A stretch of DNA of 64,000 bases. It comes from Macrostomum lignano (taxonomy: Eukaryota). The notes under the pieces were generated by a model, which was given only the letters and a program-made list of their open reading frames with translations, did no database searches and was not told where the DNA came from. The stretch is taken from the NCBI GenBank assembly GCA_002269645.1, contig NIVC01000759.1, forward strand, positions 310,001 through 374,000, given 5' to 3'. Below are positions 49,927-60,382 of the stretch, piece after piece. The position numbers and the translations under genes are program-made. The stretch's first letter is position 1. Each line of letters starts with the position of its first letter.

Positions 49927-50329
49927 GCTCATGTGATGGAAAATTATAAAATAGTTAATAACCTGACTGGTGTGATGACCAATCAATTGTGAAGCGACAG
50001 TCAGACTAGACGGAGAGTTGTTGAAATAGAGTGGCTTGAGTTGAGTTTTGTGTGTTGCGCAACTTGGGGTGCTGTGTAAGAGGCAAGCGACCAATGTACA
50101 GCGTTTTAGTTGATCAACTGGCACTCGCTTTATTAACATTTGTCGCTGAATTTGAAAATTTTCGAAGTTAGCTGAGATTTCAAGTGATCACAGAAAAATT
50201 AAGAAATGCTGTGTAGTCGAACGAGTCGTGCGACTTGGTCTTTCACTTGATTGCAGTGTGAATGAGCCTTAATGAAAATGAAGGCAGCTCAAGTGCAGAG
50301 AGCTGCAGTAGCAGTAGCCCAGCCCCAAG

Positions 50330-51370
50330 CTAGTCTTGTCAACATGTTTTAGCGGCCGCCTCAATACCAGCTGGACAGGACTTTGGGCGTTGGCTGGCCA
50401 GATTCAACAATTTCGCATCTTCCAGTGGATCAGCGCAAGAATGTGCTGCTATCATTCCTCGACGATAAATCATATCAAGCGGCCAGCAATTTGGATGCTG
50501 CCCTGTCCCAGAACGGCTTTGAGAAGGCTCTGAAAAATCGATTTCGGCCATCGACATCATCTGCTGAGCTGCAGGCGCAGTTCTTCAATCTGACTCAAAA
50601 GGACGGTCAGTCGGTTGCAGACTATTCCGATGCTCTGATTGTTGCGGCAAAGCGCGCTTTCCCGAGTTGATGGAGACGAAAGCAGGAGACGTCAGTGACA
50701 GCGAAGGACGAGCTGCTCTAAGGTCGGTTTCTATCCGGATTGAGGGACCCAGTTGTGCAAATGCAGATGCAGATGCAGATGCAGCCAAAGGCGAAATTCG
50801 CTGATGCGGTGGAAACAGCGCGATTCGTGGAATCTATTCAGTCGCAAGGAGCCGCCGCTACGGATCTAGCTGCTGAGGTTCCCGAAGCCTTTGCATTCGA
50901 AATTCAACGGTCTCTGCAGGAGCTGTCCAACAAGCTCAATCGCTGGGAGACAAAGGACCAGGATCATTGTGAGAGTGGCGACAGACGCAGAGTTGTGACA
51001 TGCTGGAAGTGCGGTAGGCCGGGCCATGTTCAAAGATTTTGCACTCAGAAATCAGGAAACTTCGGTGGAGCGGCGACCGCCGGGGTGCCGTTCCGCAAGT
51101 GAAAATCTCAGTGCACCCAGTGGTGGAGGTGTCCTGCTCAGCCACTGGTGCTAACGTGCTGGTGAACTGTAGCATCCTGCCAATGTGTTTCCCTTCGGAG
51201 TCCCGCAGTCGGTGCACACCGACCAGGCTCGGAACTGGGAGTCGCAGCTGTTTCAAGAGACGATGCGGCTGCTGAAAATCGACAAGACTCGGACGACAGG
51301 CTACCACCCTGAAGGAGACGGCGGTTGCGAATGGATGAACCGGACGCTGGTGCAACTGTTGCGAGCATGA
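50330..51370 (+). pseudogene. Ty3/Gypsy remnant: gag with zinc knuckle fused to an integrase-core fragment
   Basis: FFNLTQKDGQSVADYSDAL, CWKCGRPGHVQRFC (CX2CX4HX4C), then GVPQSVHTDQ...TTGYHPEGDG.CE.MNRTL; RT/RNase H missing. Confidence 0.8.
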
Positions 51371-51734
51371 GTAAACGAGAATCAGCGAGACTCGGATCTT
51401 TATGTGCAGATTGCACTGATGGGCCACCGCACTTCAGTCCACAAGTCTATTGGTCAGACACCTTCGGGGATGCATTTCGGCCGAAAACTGCGCGGCGCGC
51501 ATGCAACACAGCCAGTCCAGCTGCAGCACCTCAATTGCAACCAGCGGCGCAACTGCACAATACTGACGAGGACAGCCTGAGCTTTGACGGCGCCCCAGTC
51601 GGCGCCCCAGTCGGCGCCCCAGTCTTTTTGGTGAAGCGTATACTAATTAAATCCAGTTTTTGTTATTTCTTTTTTGAAACAGTCAAGTGTCGGTCTACGC
51701 CTTAAGCCACTTTCTCGTCTCGGCTTATTCTTAC

Positions 51735-51778
51735 ACTGCTGTGGAAGGCAACATCCGACGCAACTCTCGACCATCCAT
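51735..51778 (-). CDS. Putative first coding exon of the ankyrin-caspase (MDGRELRRMLPSTA-V)
   Basis: ATG at 51778, donor GTAAGA at 51734, phase 2 matching the acceptor tacag|C at 48967; inferred, no transcript evidence. Confidence 0.4.
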
Positions 51779-52522
51779 CAGAAAGCTCGCCACAGAGCAC
51801 GAATTGGCCGGCAACAATGTCCATGCAAGTAGTAGGAGTTAGCAGAACACGGCCGCAGGAAATTCCGTGGAAATTCCGTCACTGGTTTATGTACTGGAGA
51901 GATGGCTCCTAGAGCCCTGATCGCCTAAAACTTACAAGCCTTCGCTGAGTAGCAGGTATGGGGGAAGGATGAGCATTGCAACTACATGTATAGGATTTCA
52001 TGTAAGCATAAAGCAGCGGTAGGAGCAGAAAACGAGAAGCGCGTATGAATAAAATAAATAGTGGGTGCTGTGCGTATACTGTGCATGTATATGGCTGTGT
52101 CTGACTTTTGAGATGGTATAGAAATGCAACTGTTTTTTAATCATTTATGCATAGTAGAAGATACTGAAATTATAATAGGCTCGTATGCTTTTAAAAATTT
52201 GCCAATTCGCAGGCTTTGTTTGCTTACTCTTTCGGCCTGGAGCTTCTTTTTGTAAAAAATGCGAACTATCGCTGTGTAGTGTGTGAACACAGCGCCTATG
52301 TAAATGCGTTGGTGCACTCTGTCGCAGTGAAAGCCACTGAAATTGGGTGGAGCCGCTGCTGTTTTATGTTTGTAATATGCATGCTTGAATTGAAATCAGC
52401 CCAGAACTGTGCCTGCAGTGTGAAGTGCTGTGCATCTGGAGTGGGGGAGGCTAATGTATACTGGCCAACCCTTTCCTAGCATTCACCCACCCTCCGGCAC
52501 CCACCCCACTCCGCCATGAGGA

Positions 52523-52530
52523 TATAAAAG
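52523..52530 (+). promoter_or_regulatory. Canonical TATA box upstream of the PC4-like gene
   Basis: TATAAAAG about 70 nt before ATG 52599, preceded by C-rich boxes. Confidence 0.55.
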
Positions 52531-52598
52531 GGCCAGCTTTGAAAAGCATTTTTAAGATCATACTTCACTTTTTAATCTCTGAAGACTTCACGTGAATC

Positions 52599-53337
52599 AT
52601 GGACAGCGGCGAAGGCTACAAGGTACAGGTGCAGGAATTTGAAGGGCAAAAATTCATCGCCATTAGGAAGCACCAGCGCCAGCCTCAAGCCTGGAGTTCC
52701 CGGCTTCAATCTGAATACGCATCAGTGGGCGAAACTGAAGGAGGTAAAACGCTCGCTCGTGAAGGCCGCTCTAAGCGGTGAAACCAAGGTTGTGAAATTG
52801 GGCTTTGACAAGTTTATTGAGGTCAAACAAGGAACAATTTGGTTGAAGCGACTGCCCGAGGACTGTTGCGAGGAGTTTCTGAGACGCAACACAGTGCCTC
52901 TGTCTCCGCTCTTGTGGCAAAAACTGTGGCACGCTTCCGGTTGATTTGACAAGCAGCTGGCAGAGCTCTCTCAAAGCATGCGAATGAACTATGAGCTGAG
53001 CTCATCTGACGACGATGAAGAGGTCACCGTGAAGCTTCCCATCAAGACTGAACCGAATGAGGGTGAAGAAGAGGCCCGCTCACCAACAGAGCTGACGATC
53101 GCTACTGAGCCGGTGACTTCAACGCCTCTGCCCCGAGCTGGCGCTGGGAACATCCCGTCAGAGGACACAAACTTGCAAGAAGATCCAGTATGGTATCAAT
53201 TCCGGGCTCATGCGGCTGCGGTGAACAACAGCAGAAAGCGCAAGCAACCGTGGGCTCTGCGCAGGCAGAATGCGGTCAAGAGGCCGAGGTGGATACCCCG
53301 TGACGAGCTGCCGAACTCGGACGAAGATGATGAGTGA
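52599..53337 (+). pseudogene. PC4/Sub1-like ssDNA-binding protein (possibly two PC4 domains) with acidic tail
   Basis: YKVQVQEFEGQKFIAIRKH + LKPGVPGFNLNTHQWAKLKE matches PC4 VSVRDFKGKVLIDIREY...[20 protein letters not shown]; one frameshift near 52675 and an in-frame TGA at 52942. Confidence 0.75.
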
Positions 53338-53716
53338 ACTTGTTTTTAAATGACAGCGATAGTTCGCATTTTGTATTTCTTTGATTACCATGCGCATATA
53401 AAAATTATAATAATCGAGAAAAAATTGTGGTAAAAAATCAAAATTTATTCAGCAGTTCGCGTGACTTCATTTTCAACAATTTGACTAACAACTTGATTTC
53501 ATTTAAACTTTACTCAGTTTCCTTTTGTTTTGTCTGTAACTGTTCTGAATCGAATCACTGAAGTAAATGTTCACTGTGTTGTGCTCCGCTGAATGCTTGC
53601 TTTAGCGTATAATATGTTACTGCATGTAAAATACACTGTTGTTCTATCAAACTTTATTCGTCGCAGGCCCTTAAGCATTTAAGAAAGAAAGCTGTCTCAG
53701 TTGATTTTTTTAGCAA

Positions 53717-54440
53717 ATGGAAAAGATATTCTTTAATCCCGAGCAGCCTGCCAGTTTTTCTGGTTGCAACAAACTTCTGAATGAGGCTCGAAAACAAGGT
53801 ATCAAAGTGGGAGAAAAATCTGTTAAGAATTGGCTTAACGAACAGGCAGTTTACACTTTACATAAGCCATAAATCCATAAGATGGAACCAAACTTTGAAG
53901 AATAAAATGTGGCGATACTTCACTCACAACAGCACTCTGCACTGGGTAGATGTGCTGCCAAAGTTAGTGAAGTCGTACAATGCTACTTTTCACAGAAGCA
54001 TCAGAATGGCACCAAGAAATGTTTGCAAGCAAAATGAGTCGGAAGTGTGGATGAACCTGTATGATGGCAAGGCAATAGAAACTTTGGATAAAGTCAGGAA
54101 ACCAAAGTTCAGTGAAAATCAAACTGTAAGAATTTCCAACCCACCCCGGCTATTCAAAAAAGGGTACAAAGCAAACTGGAGTGAGGAAGTGTACACTGTA
54201 GTTGCAAAAGCTCCGAAACATAATCCTTACATGTACAAGATCCGAGACATGAAGGGAGAAGAGATTCAAGGCCTCTTTCACGAGCACGAGCTGCAGGCGG
54301 TGCCGGACTCACAGCGACTATACGTGATTGAGAAAGTGTTGAAGACACAAAAGCAAAGAGGGAAAATTCGCTATCTTGTCAAGTGGGCCGGCTACGATTC
54401 GACAGGCTGGGTGGATGAAAAAGACTTAAGAAAGGTTTAG
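53717..54440 (+). pseudogene. Retroviral-type Polinton integrase with C-terminal chromodomain, catalytic core deleted
   Basis: MEKIFFNPEQPASFSG...WLNEQAVYTLHKP joins directly to WNQTLKNKMWRYFT...YN.TFHRSI; chromodomain YVIEKVL...YLVKWAGY. Confidence 0.88.
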
Positions 54441-54468
54441 CTTTGACACATCCCTCATCATGTAGTTT

Positions 54469-55287
54469 ATGATTATAATGCGAACTATTTTGATTAACAG
54501 TGAGCATGCTGAAGGTACTCCTAGTGACTTTAATTTTTACCTGTCTTCACCTATTCACTTGGATCGAAATGTGGACCATGAGGCAGGTCTGGCTGAAATC
54601 CATCTGCCTGCTGCATGGTTCATTGTTGACGAGCCTTACTGCTTCACTGTCTCAGATGGAAGAGAGCATGAGGCCCTGGTTCTTCAACCCGGACGATTTG
54701 CTAGAGTGGAGGAGCTGGTAGAGCGCCTGAATGAGCTGCTGGCCAACTCTGATTCGCTGTTCTTTGATGCAATGAGTGACAGGGAGTCTGAGATGGAGGC
54801 CGATGAGTCCGGCCTGATGGGGCGTAGTGGCAACAGGGAATTCGGTATGAAGTTCGAAATCCGCAACTCACGAACTGTGGTGCACAACAACACTACGAGA
54901 GCAGAGCTGTTTCTCCCATCCAGCAAAATTCTGCATTGGCTGGGATTCGGAAACCAGGCTGTGAAAATCCAGCCAGGAAGCCGCGTGTCCGAGCATTGCA
55001 TTGGCTGCCCGCGCACCAGCTTAATCAATGTGCACTGCAGTATCGTTGAGTCAACTAATTGCAACTGGGGCTCCCTGTTGAGAACAGTCGGAGTGAACGG
55101 CAACATTCAATGTGGCAACTACCTGTCAAAAATATTTAAGAAAACAATATTCTTCCCGATTCAACGAATCAGTCTTCTTCACAGCATTCGAGTTCAGCTG
55201 AGGGACATCTATGGTTGCCTACTGATTGCACAGACTCACAGCCCTGTTCTGCTCACAGTTCAGATTCGAGAGAAACGCATTCAATGA
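54469..55287 (+). CDS. Minor capsid (penton) protein
   Basis: INS...PSDFNFYLSSPIHL...GLAEIHLP...INVHCSIVE...LLRTV...FFPI...SIRVQLRD; position between integrase and MCP. Confidence 0.75.
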   Translation: MIIMRTILINSEHAEGTPSDFNFYLSSPIHLDRNVDHEAGLAEIHLPAAWFIVDEPYCFTVSDGREHEALVLQPGRFARVEELVERLNELLANSDSLFFDAMSDRESEMEADESGLMGRSGNREFGMKFEIRNSRTVVHNNTTRAELFLPSSKILHWLGFGNQAVKIQPGSRVSEHCIGCPRTSLINVHCSIVESTNCNWGSLLRTVGVNGNIQCGNYLSKIFKKTIFFPIQRISLLHSIRVQLRDIYGCLLIAQTHSPVLLTVQIREKRIQ

Positions 55288-55659
55288 ACTACCAGCAGCT
55301 GATCCATCAATATTCGGGGGTGAGGACAGCACACGAAAAGCCTGCACTCTATGGCTGTGGGAGCTTCTCAGGGATCATGACATACCAGCCTCCGCCAGCG
55401 GCTACATCATCATCTTCAACGCTTAGCAACGTCAGGCGCAAAAGAAATACTGTAGCAAGTCCGAAACGATTGAAGAAGAAGAAGGGCACCCACCCGAAAG
55501 GCAACTGGTGGAAATCGCAATAAGAGGTCAAGCAAGGCTAGTGGGAAAAAGCTTAAGAATAGGAAGACGAAAGCAAAGAAGAATAGAGCAGGCGGAGGAA
55601 AGCGAAAGCGAAAAGTCAGCAAGAAAACTGTGAAACGCGTGCTCGACTCTCTGTCATAG
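55284..55659 (+). pseudogene. Lys/Arg-rich core-like (DNA-condensing) protein, frameshifted
   Basis: GCGSFSG followed by highly basic RRKR...KKKK and, in another frame, KKLKNRKTKAKKNRAGGGKRKRKVSKK to TAG 55659; immediately before the MCP. Confidence 0.55.
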
Positions 55660-55661
55660 AC

Positions 55662-56945
55662 ATGGCTTACGGATTCAATCCCAGACTTGATTTATTTAAG
55701 ACGCCCATTCTACAAACCTGCATTGAAAAAGCTACTTATGTTGATATTCACCCAGTAAATTCCATTACTGCAAACTCCCCCATTGAATTTGATTGCCACC
55801 AATCTGCCGATGAATACACAGATCTGCCTAATTCTTTTCTTTATATTCGCTGCCGCCTTGTGAGACTGGATGGGGGTTTGCTGAGGGAGGATGTTCGAGA
55901 CGGGGATGGCATCATCACCGAGCGCAGAGACAGTGATGTGCACCCATAAAATTTTGTTTTGTCTACAGCCTTCTCAGATGTAATTGTAAGCATTAACCAG
56001 CGAGTGGTGTCTGGTGGAGACCAGCTCTATCCCTACCATGCGTACTTCAAAGCACTAATGAGCTCATCCGATGGCCAGCAACTAAAACTTTACCCTGCTG
56101 GCTTCCTGGAGCCGAACTCGGCAGCTGAAGAGCACACGGAGAGCCACAGGGAATCCCGATGGATGGAGTATGCGGGGCCGCTCTTCAGCGATGTTTTCCA
56201 GTGCCCAGTGTTTCTGCTAAGCAATCTGCACTTGCACATCAAACTGGTGCCCAGCGATGGGGCCTTTGCCATCAGAAGCCCGAATGCAAACAACGCGGCA
56301 TACCGAATGGAAATCTCTCACAGCATTCTGCATCTTCGCCGAGTCAAAGTGGTGCCCCACATCAGTCTGGCTCACGAGCAGGGGCTGACAAACCAAAATG
56401 CACTGTATCCCATCGAGCGAACTGAAATGCAGAACTTCATCCTACCCCAGGGCATCCAATCTAAAAACATTGAAGGATTCACTCATGGAAAATTGCCGAA
56501 GTTCATCATGCTGGCCTTCGTGAGCCACCGTGCATTCAATGGTCATCATCACGCGAGCCCATTCCAGTTCCAGAGCTTCAACCTCAGCCGGTTGGCTCTA
56601 AAGAAAGGTGGGGAAACCGTGTGCCACGGCGCCTTTACACCTGAAAACAATTCCTTCGTAAGAGAATACTTGCACTACCTGAAAAGCTGTCAATCTGCAA
56701 GCCCCACAAATTCGGTCCCGTGGATCCCCTACCAGCTCTTCTCCAACAACACCACGGTGTTTGCATTCGATCTCACACCCGAGGGAGCGGCTCTGTGGTA
56801 CGGACAGAAGGAGGGCAACCTGCGGCTGGAGATTCGCTTCCAACAGGCACTGAATGAAGCGGTGTCCTTGATTGCTATGTGCCTGTATGACTCGCTGATT
56901 GAGGTCACCAAGCACCGGGAGCTTTTGCTGGACTATTCCTCTTAA
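55662..56945 (+). pseudogene. Double-jelly-roll major capsid protein with one in-frame stop
   Basis: LDLFKTP.LQTCIE...PIEF...YTDLPNSFLY, YPYHAY, LPKFIMLAFV...FNG...PFQFQSFNL, FAFDLTP, GNLRLEIRF; TAA at 55947-55949 in frame with both halves. Confidence 0.9.
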
Positions 56946-56950
56946 CTGGC

Positions 56951-57481
56951 ATGGACGCAATTAAACTATTCAATCTCGCCAAAAAAATTTTGCCTTGCCA
57001 AAAATTTTCTATAATTACTTTACATTTGCGCTATAAAAATTCTCTGCCCTTGAATGTAAAAAGAAAATTTCGATCATCAATTTCCCTTGAAAACAAGTTT
57101 GTTTTTGCTCTACTTCAGCTCAATGGCTCATTTGGTCACTGGGCGGTGTGCTATGTTGGGCAAGGAAATTGCATTGAGTTGTTCAACTCCCTCGGCTGGG
57201 AACCTGAAATTTTATCTGTGGTTTATAATTTGTTTCGAGAGATTAAAACAACTGGCTTTTGGCTCCGAAGCAATCTAAACAGATTTCAATGTGCTAACTC
57301 TAATAAATGCGGAATGTTTTGCATCTATTTTGCTTATCAAAAGTTTCTGTTCAATCGGTCATTTGAGGGGATTCTGAAGCATTTGCATGCTAATGAAAAA
57401 AATCATTTGAATGATAGAATCTTACAGAGGTTTGAAGCCAACTTAAGAAAAAGATGTTCTAGAACTATATTTATGCATTAG
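56951..57481 (+). CDS. Adenain-like cysteine maturation protease
   Basis: GHWAVCYV...ELFNSLG...FQCANSNKCGMFCIYF; His, Gln and Cys present, usual acidic triad residue reads Asn. Confidence 0.85.
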   Translation: MDAIKLFNLAKKILPCQKFSIITLHLRYKNSLPLNVKRKFRSSISLENKFVFALLQLNGSFGHWAVCYVGQGNCIELFNSLGWEPEILSVVYNLFREIKTTGFWLRSNLNRFQCANSNKCGMFCIYFAYQKFLFNRSFEGILKHLHANEKNHLNDRILQRFEANLRKRCSRTIFMH

Positions 57482-57483
57482 AC

Positions 57484-58130
57484 ATGGAAGAAAAGCGAGT
57501 TTGCTACGATATCCGCCTCAGGCAGGGAAGCTGCATGATTGTCTGCGGGCCCACCAATGCAGGAAAAACAACCTTTGTCAAACACCTGATCCAGTACAGA
57601 GACGTCATGTTTGATGTGAAGCCTGGCAGAGTTCTGTGGTACTATGGGATCTCACAGGCAGGCCATGCAGAACTGAGCAGCCTAGGTGTGCAGCTGCGCC
57701 AGGGATTTCCCACCAACATCGAGGCAGCACTTAGGCCCAATGACTGGTTGTTTTCGATGACTTAATAGAGGAAACTTCAAATTCTGCTTCAATGCGAAAT
57801 TTTTTCACAGGAATCGCACATCACTTGCCGTGCTTTTTGGTGATGCTGACTCAGAATATATTTTTCAAGGGAAAAGAGTCGCGAACAATGAGCTTGAATG
57901 TAATGTATTTAGCTATCTTGAAAAACCCCAGAGACCAGCTGCAGATTGCAGCACTGGGCAGGCAGTGCTTTACAGAGAAGCCCGGCTTTCTGCTGTCAGT
58001 GTTCAAGCACGTGACCGCGCAGAACAGGGGAGCCTACCTGTTCCTAGACTTTCACCCATCAACTCCCGATGAGCTGCGAGTGCGGGCCAGAATTCTGCCC
58101 AACCAGCGACCCCATCTTGTATTTGCTTAA
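57484..58130 (+). pseudogene. FtsK/HerA-type (A32-like) packaging ATPase, frameshifted
   Basis: Walker A GPTNAGKT; 1-nt loss in Walker B (L)VVFDDL near 57747; HH...LTQNIF...RT.SLN..Y...KNPRD. Confidence 0.9.
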
Positions 58131-58172
58131 GAAAGTGAAGCTTGTTTTTTATCGGCTATTGTTTTCATCGCT

Positions 58173-58508
58173 ATGGAAGTGCTTGATTCTCACGAAAGTC
58201 TTTTTGCGGTTCTTGCGTCACCTAAATATACCGTGCGCTTCAAGCGGCTGTTGATAAAAAATTGTTCAAAAGAAGTGCGTTATTTTCTTGTCGAGGCCTG
58301 CCATAATCTCTTACAAAACAATCTATCGTTTTCGCTCGATGAAAAAGCTGTTCTTGCAAAGTCAAAAGAGATAATTCGAAAAATTACTCACCAAAGAAGA
58401 AAGACAGACTTGTTGAAGGCTGGCTTCATCAAAATACTCCCGATTCTGCTTAAGCTGGTAAAGAAGAAGCAAAATGAACAAATTTTCAGAAATGGTTCTG
58501 ATTCCTAA
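58173..58508 (+). CDS. Conserved small Polinton protein
   Basis: LIKNCSKEVRYFLVEACHNLLQNN...GFIKILPILL resembles the conserved Maverick ORF found next to the ATPase. Confidence 0.6.
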   Translation: MEVLDSHESLFAVLASPKYTVRFKRLLIKNCSKEVRYFLVEACHNLLQNNLSFSLDEKAVLAKSKEIIRKITHQRRKTDLLKAGFIKILPILLKLVKKKQNEQIFRNGSDS

Positions 58509-59208
58509 AGCAGAGTATGAGATGTTGATTCAGAATTTGAAGCCAAATGAGACTACCACTGAAGCTGACTTGAAGCAGGCTCAGAAGAAATGCGATGACA
58601 TCTTGTATGCCGAAGATTGTCCAGAAGATGTGAAAACCACCATGTATCAAAGTGCAATGCAAAGTTTGCTGGCCAAGCGCAAGCACGCTGGAAAAGAAGG
58701 AGTACGCAATGCTGAAGCCAAGTTGATGAAAACAGAGACACCCCAGATGAACACCTGGGAAGAGAAGATCAGCAAGTCGGTGCCACAGAAATTCAAAACC
58801 AGGGCTCGCAGTCTATGGACGATCCTGTCCACCAATCCAGAGCTGATTGGAGTTTGTGAAAACGGGGAGGTGGAAATCACAGGCACTTCAATCCCTTCCT
58901 CAAACATACTGGACTTGATTCAGCACGCAGTGAGGGATTCGTCATGTGAGCGTGAACCAGTTGGGTGGAACGAGTTCATCGATTTGCTGCAGCAGAAAAA
59001 GCTTAATGTTCCGCTTTCCGCTATTGGTAAATCAGTTAAGAAGAAAATGGTAACCAGCAGAGGGAGTGAACTGGAGAAAGAACAGGCGAGTCTAGTCAAG
59101 GGGTACGGAAGCAACACAGCCTGGCTGAAACTGTCTGGCAGAAAAGTATATAAGAAGGTGGACTGTCTCCGAAATTTCTCCGGAAAGCTGCATCATGAAC
59201 TACATTGA
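58474..59208 (+). CDS. Conserved Polinton hypothetical protein
   Basis: EMVLIP... and GEVEITGTSIPSSNILDLI...PVGWNEF motifs seen in Maverick/adintovirus ORFs. Confidence 0.6.
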   Translation: MNKFSEMVLIPKAEYEMLIQNLKPNETTTEADLKQAQKKCDDILYAEDCPEDVKTTMYQSAMQSLLAKRKHAGKEGVRNAEAKLMKTETPQMNTWEEKISKSVPQKFKTRARSLWTILSTNPELIGVCENGEVEITGTSIPSSNILDLIQHAVRDSSCEREPVGWNEFIDLLQQKKLNVPLSAIGKSVKKKMVTSRGSELEKEQASLVKGYGSNTAWLKLSGRKVYKKVDCLRNFSGKLHHELH

Positions 59209-60031
59209 CTTCCAAGGATTCCCGTGCAACAGCACAAGCAAAACATTTGTTGTGAAGGAGTTGGCAGTTGTTCAAATCAGAGCGGGAAGCTACCGCATTG
59301 CTCACCATGTGTACGCACCTCCGTATCCATGGGAGAGAGTCTCACCTGACATGCGAGTTTGCTACAGACAGCTATCAAAGAGTCTGCACCAGTTTAAGTG
59401 GAGTGATGGAACCCGTCCGTACATGGAACTGGCGGAAGACATTCTGAGCATTGCCAGTGGTCCGATCTGGACAAATGGGGAAAGGAAGTCTATTTTCCTG
59501 ACTGAGCTGCTTGGTAGACAGGTTTATAACCTAGAAGATTTGGGAGCACCATCGATTGAAGATTCAGATACTGGCTGTGCAGTGAGAAATTCATTGCTGC
59601 ACTACAGTTGGCTTAAGCCAAAGTTCTGCATCAACTTAAGAAGCGAGCAGTGTCCGTGGCACACGAGCAGAAGATTTGCTGAAGAAGTCAAGGATAGAAA
59701 TGAGCCCACCAGCTGCAGCCCTAAGAGTGACCAATCTGGTTGGCGGAGTGGATCTGAGGCTGGATGGTGGCAGGGGCGCCCAGCTGCCTCTACGGGAACT
59801 GGCTCTCAGCATGGCTCATGTGATCTACCGGCCCGTCTGGCCCCGGGTGCTCATCAAGCGGATGCGGAGTCCCAGAGTGACTCTGCTACTCTACCCTACT
59901 GGGCAACTGAGCATCTGCGGTGCCAAGACCCACGCAGACGCCAAAAGGGCTGCCCGTCGCTTCGTGGCTATGCTGCATCGGAGAGTGCCGGCTCAACTGC
60001 TGCCTCATCAAACTATTTGTGTTCGAATTAA
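59195..60031 (+). CDS. DEDD/RNase H-like exonuclease-related viral protein; the 3' part overlapping the TBP gene is probably read-through
   Basis: YIDFQGF...FVVKELAV...APPYPW...WSDG..PY...NLEDLGAP motif set. Confidence 0.55.
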   Translation: MNYIDFQGFPCNSTSKTFVVKELAVVQIRAGSYRIAHHVYAPPYPWERVSPDMRVCYRQLSKSLHQFKWSDGTRPYMELAEDILSIASGPIWTNGERKSIFLTELLGRQVYNLEDLGAPSIEDSDTGCAVRNSLLHYSWLKPKFCINLRSEQCPWHTSRRFAEEVKDRNEPTSCSPKSDQSGWRSGSEAGWWQGRPAASTGTGSQHGSCDLPARLAPGAHQADAESQSDSATLPYWATEHLRCQDPRRRQKGCPSLRGYAASESAGSTAASSNYLCSN

Positions 60032-60272
60032 AACTATTACTGCTCATGGCCAACTTTCGCTCAGTTCTGCATTGTCCCTACCAAAACTGTCTATGAATTT
60101 AGCAAAAGCTGAGTATGAACCTGAATCTTTTTCTGCTTTAATTTTCAAGCTGAAGTTTTGTAAATGTCTGCTATTTCACCGCGGCTCCTTTATTCTAAGT
60201 GGTGCTCGATCTTTTTTTCAATTGCAAACAGATCTCATGCGATTAAAACGTGTAATTTGTAACTCAGCGTAA
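59700..60272 (+). CDS. TATA-box binding protein (TBP) homolog
   Basis: Two TBP half-repeats: VTNLVGGVDL...MRSPRVTLLLYPTGQLSICGAKT and AEYEPESFSALIFKL...LLFHRGSFILSGARS; AATAAA follows the stop. Confidence 0.88.
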   Translation: MSPPAAALRVTNLVGGVDLRLDGGRGAQLPLRELALSMAHVIYRPVWPRVLIKRMRSPRVTLLLYPTGQLSICGAKTHADAKRAARRFVAMLHRRVPAQLLPHQTICVRIKTITAHGQLSLSSALSLPKLSMNLAKAEYEPESFSALIFKLKFCKCLLFHRGSFILSGARSFFQLQTDLMRLKRVICNSA

Positions 60273-60377
60273 AAATAAATGATTACAGTTAGGAAAGAAG
60301 GAAGCTTATAACTAAGCTAATTTTTGCATGAATAAAGATGAATCGTTCTGACTTCTTTTCATGAGTTTATTATTTAA

Positions 60378-60382
<5 letters not shown>

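Larger units (their letters stand above)
49012..51731. other. About 2.6-kb insertion bounded by 52-bp direct repeats
   Basis: cagtcaagtgtcggtcta(a/c)gccttaagccactttctcgtctcggcttattct at 49012-49063 and 51680-51731, one mismatch. Confidence 0.85.

Noticed and set aside
32419-52160. AGTAGAAG at about 32420 and 52153 as Polinton termini
   Set aside because: No matching inverted partner or 6-bp TSD found; the two viral regions also have unrelated capsids, so a single element spanning the caspase is unsupported.
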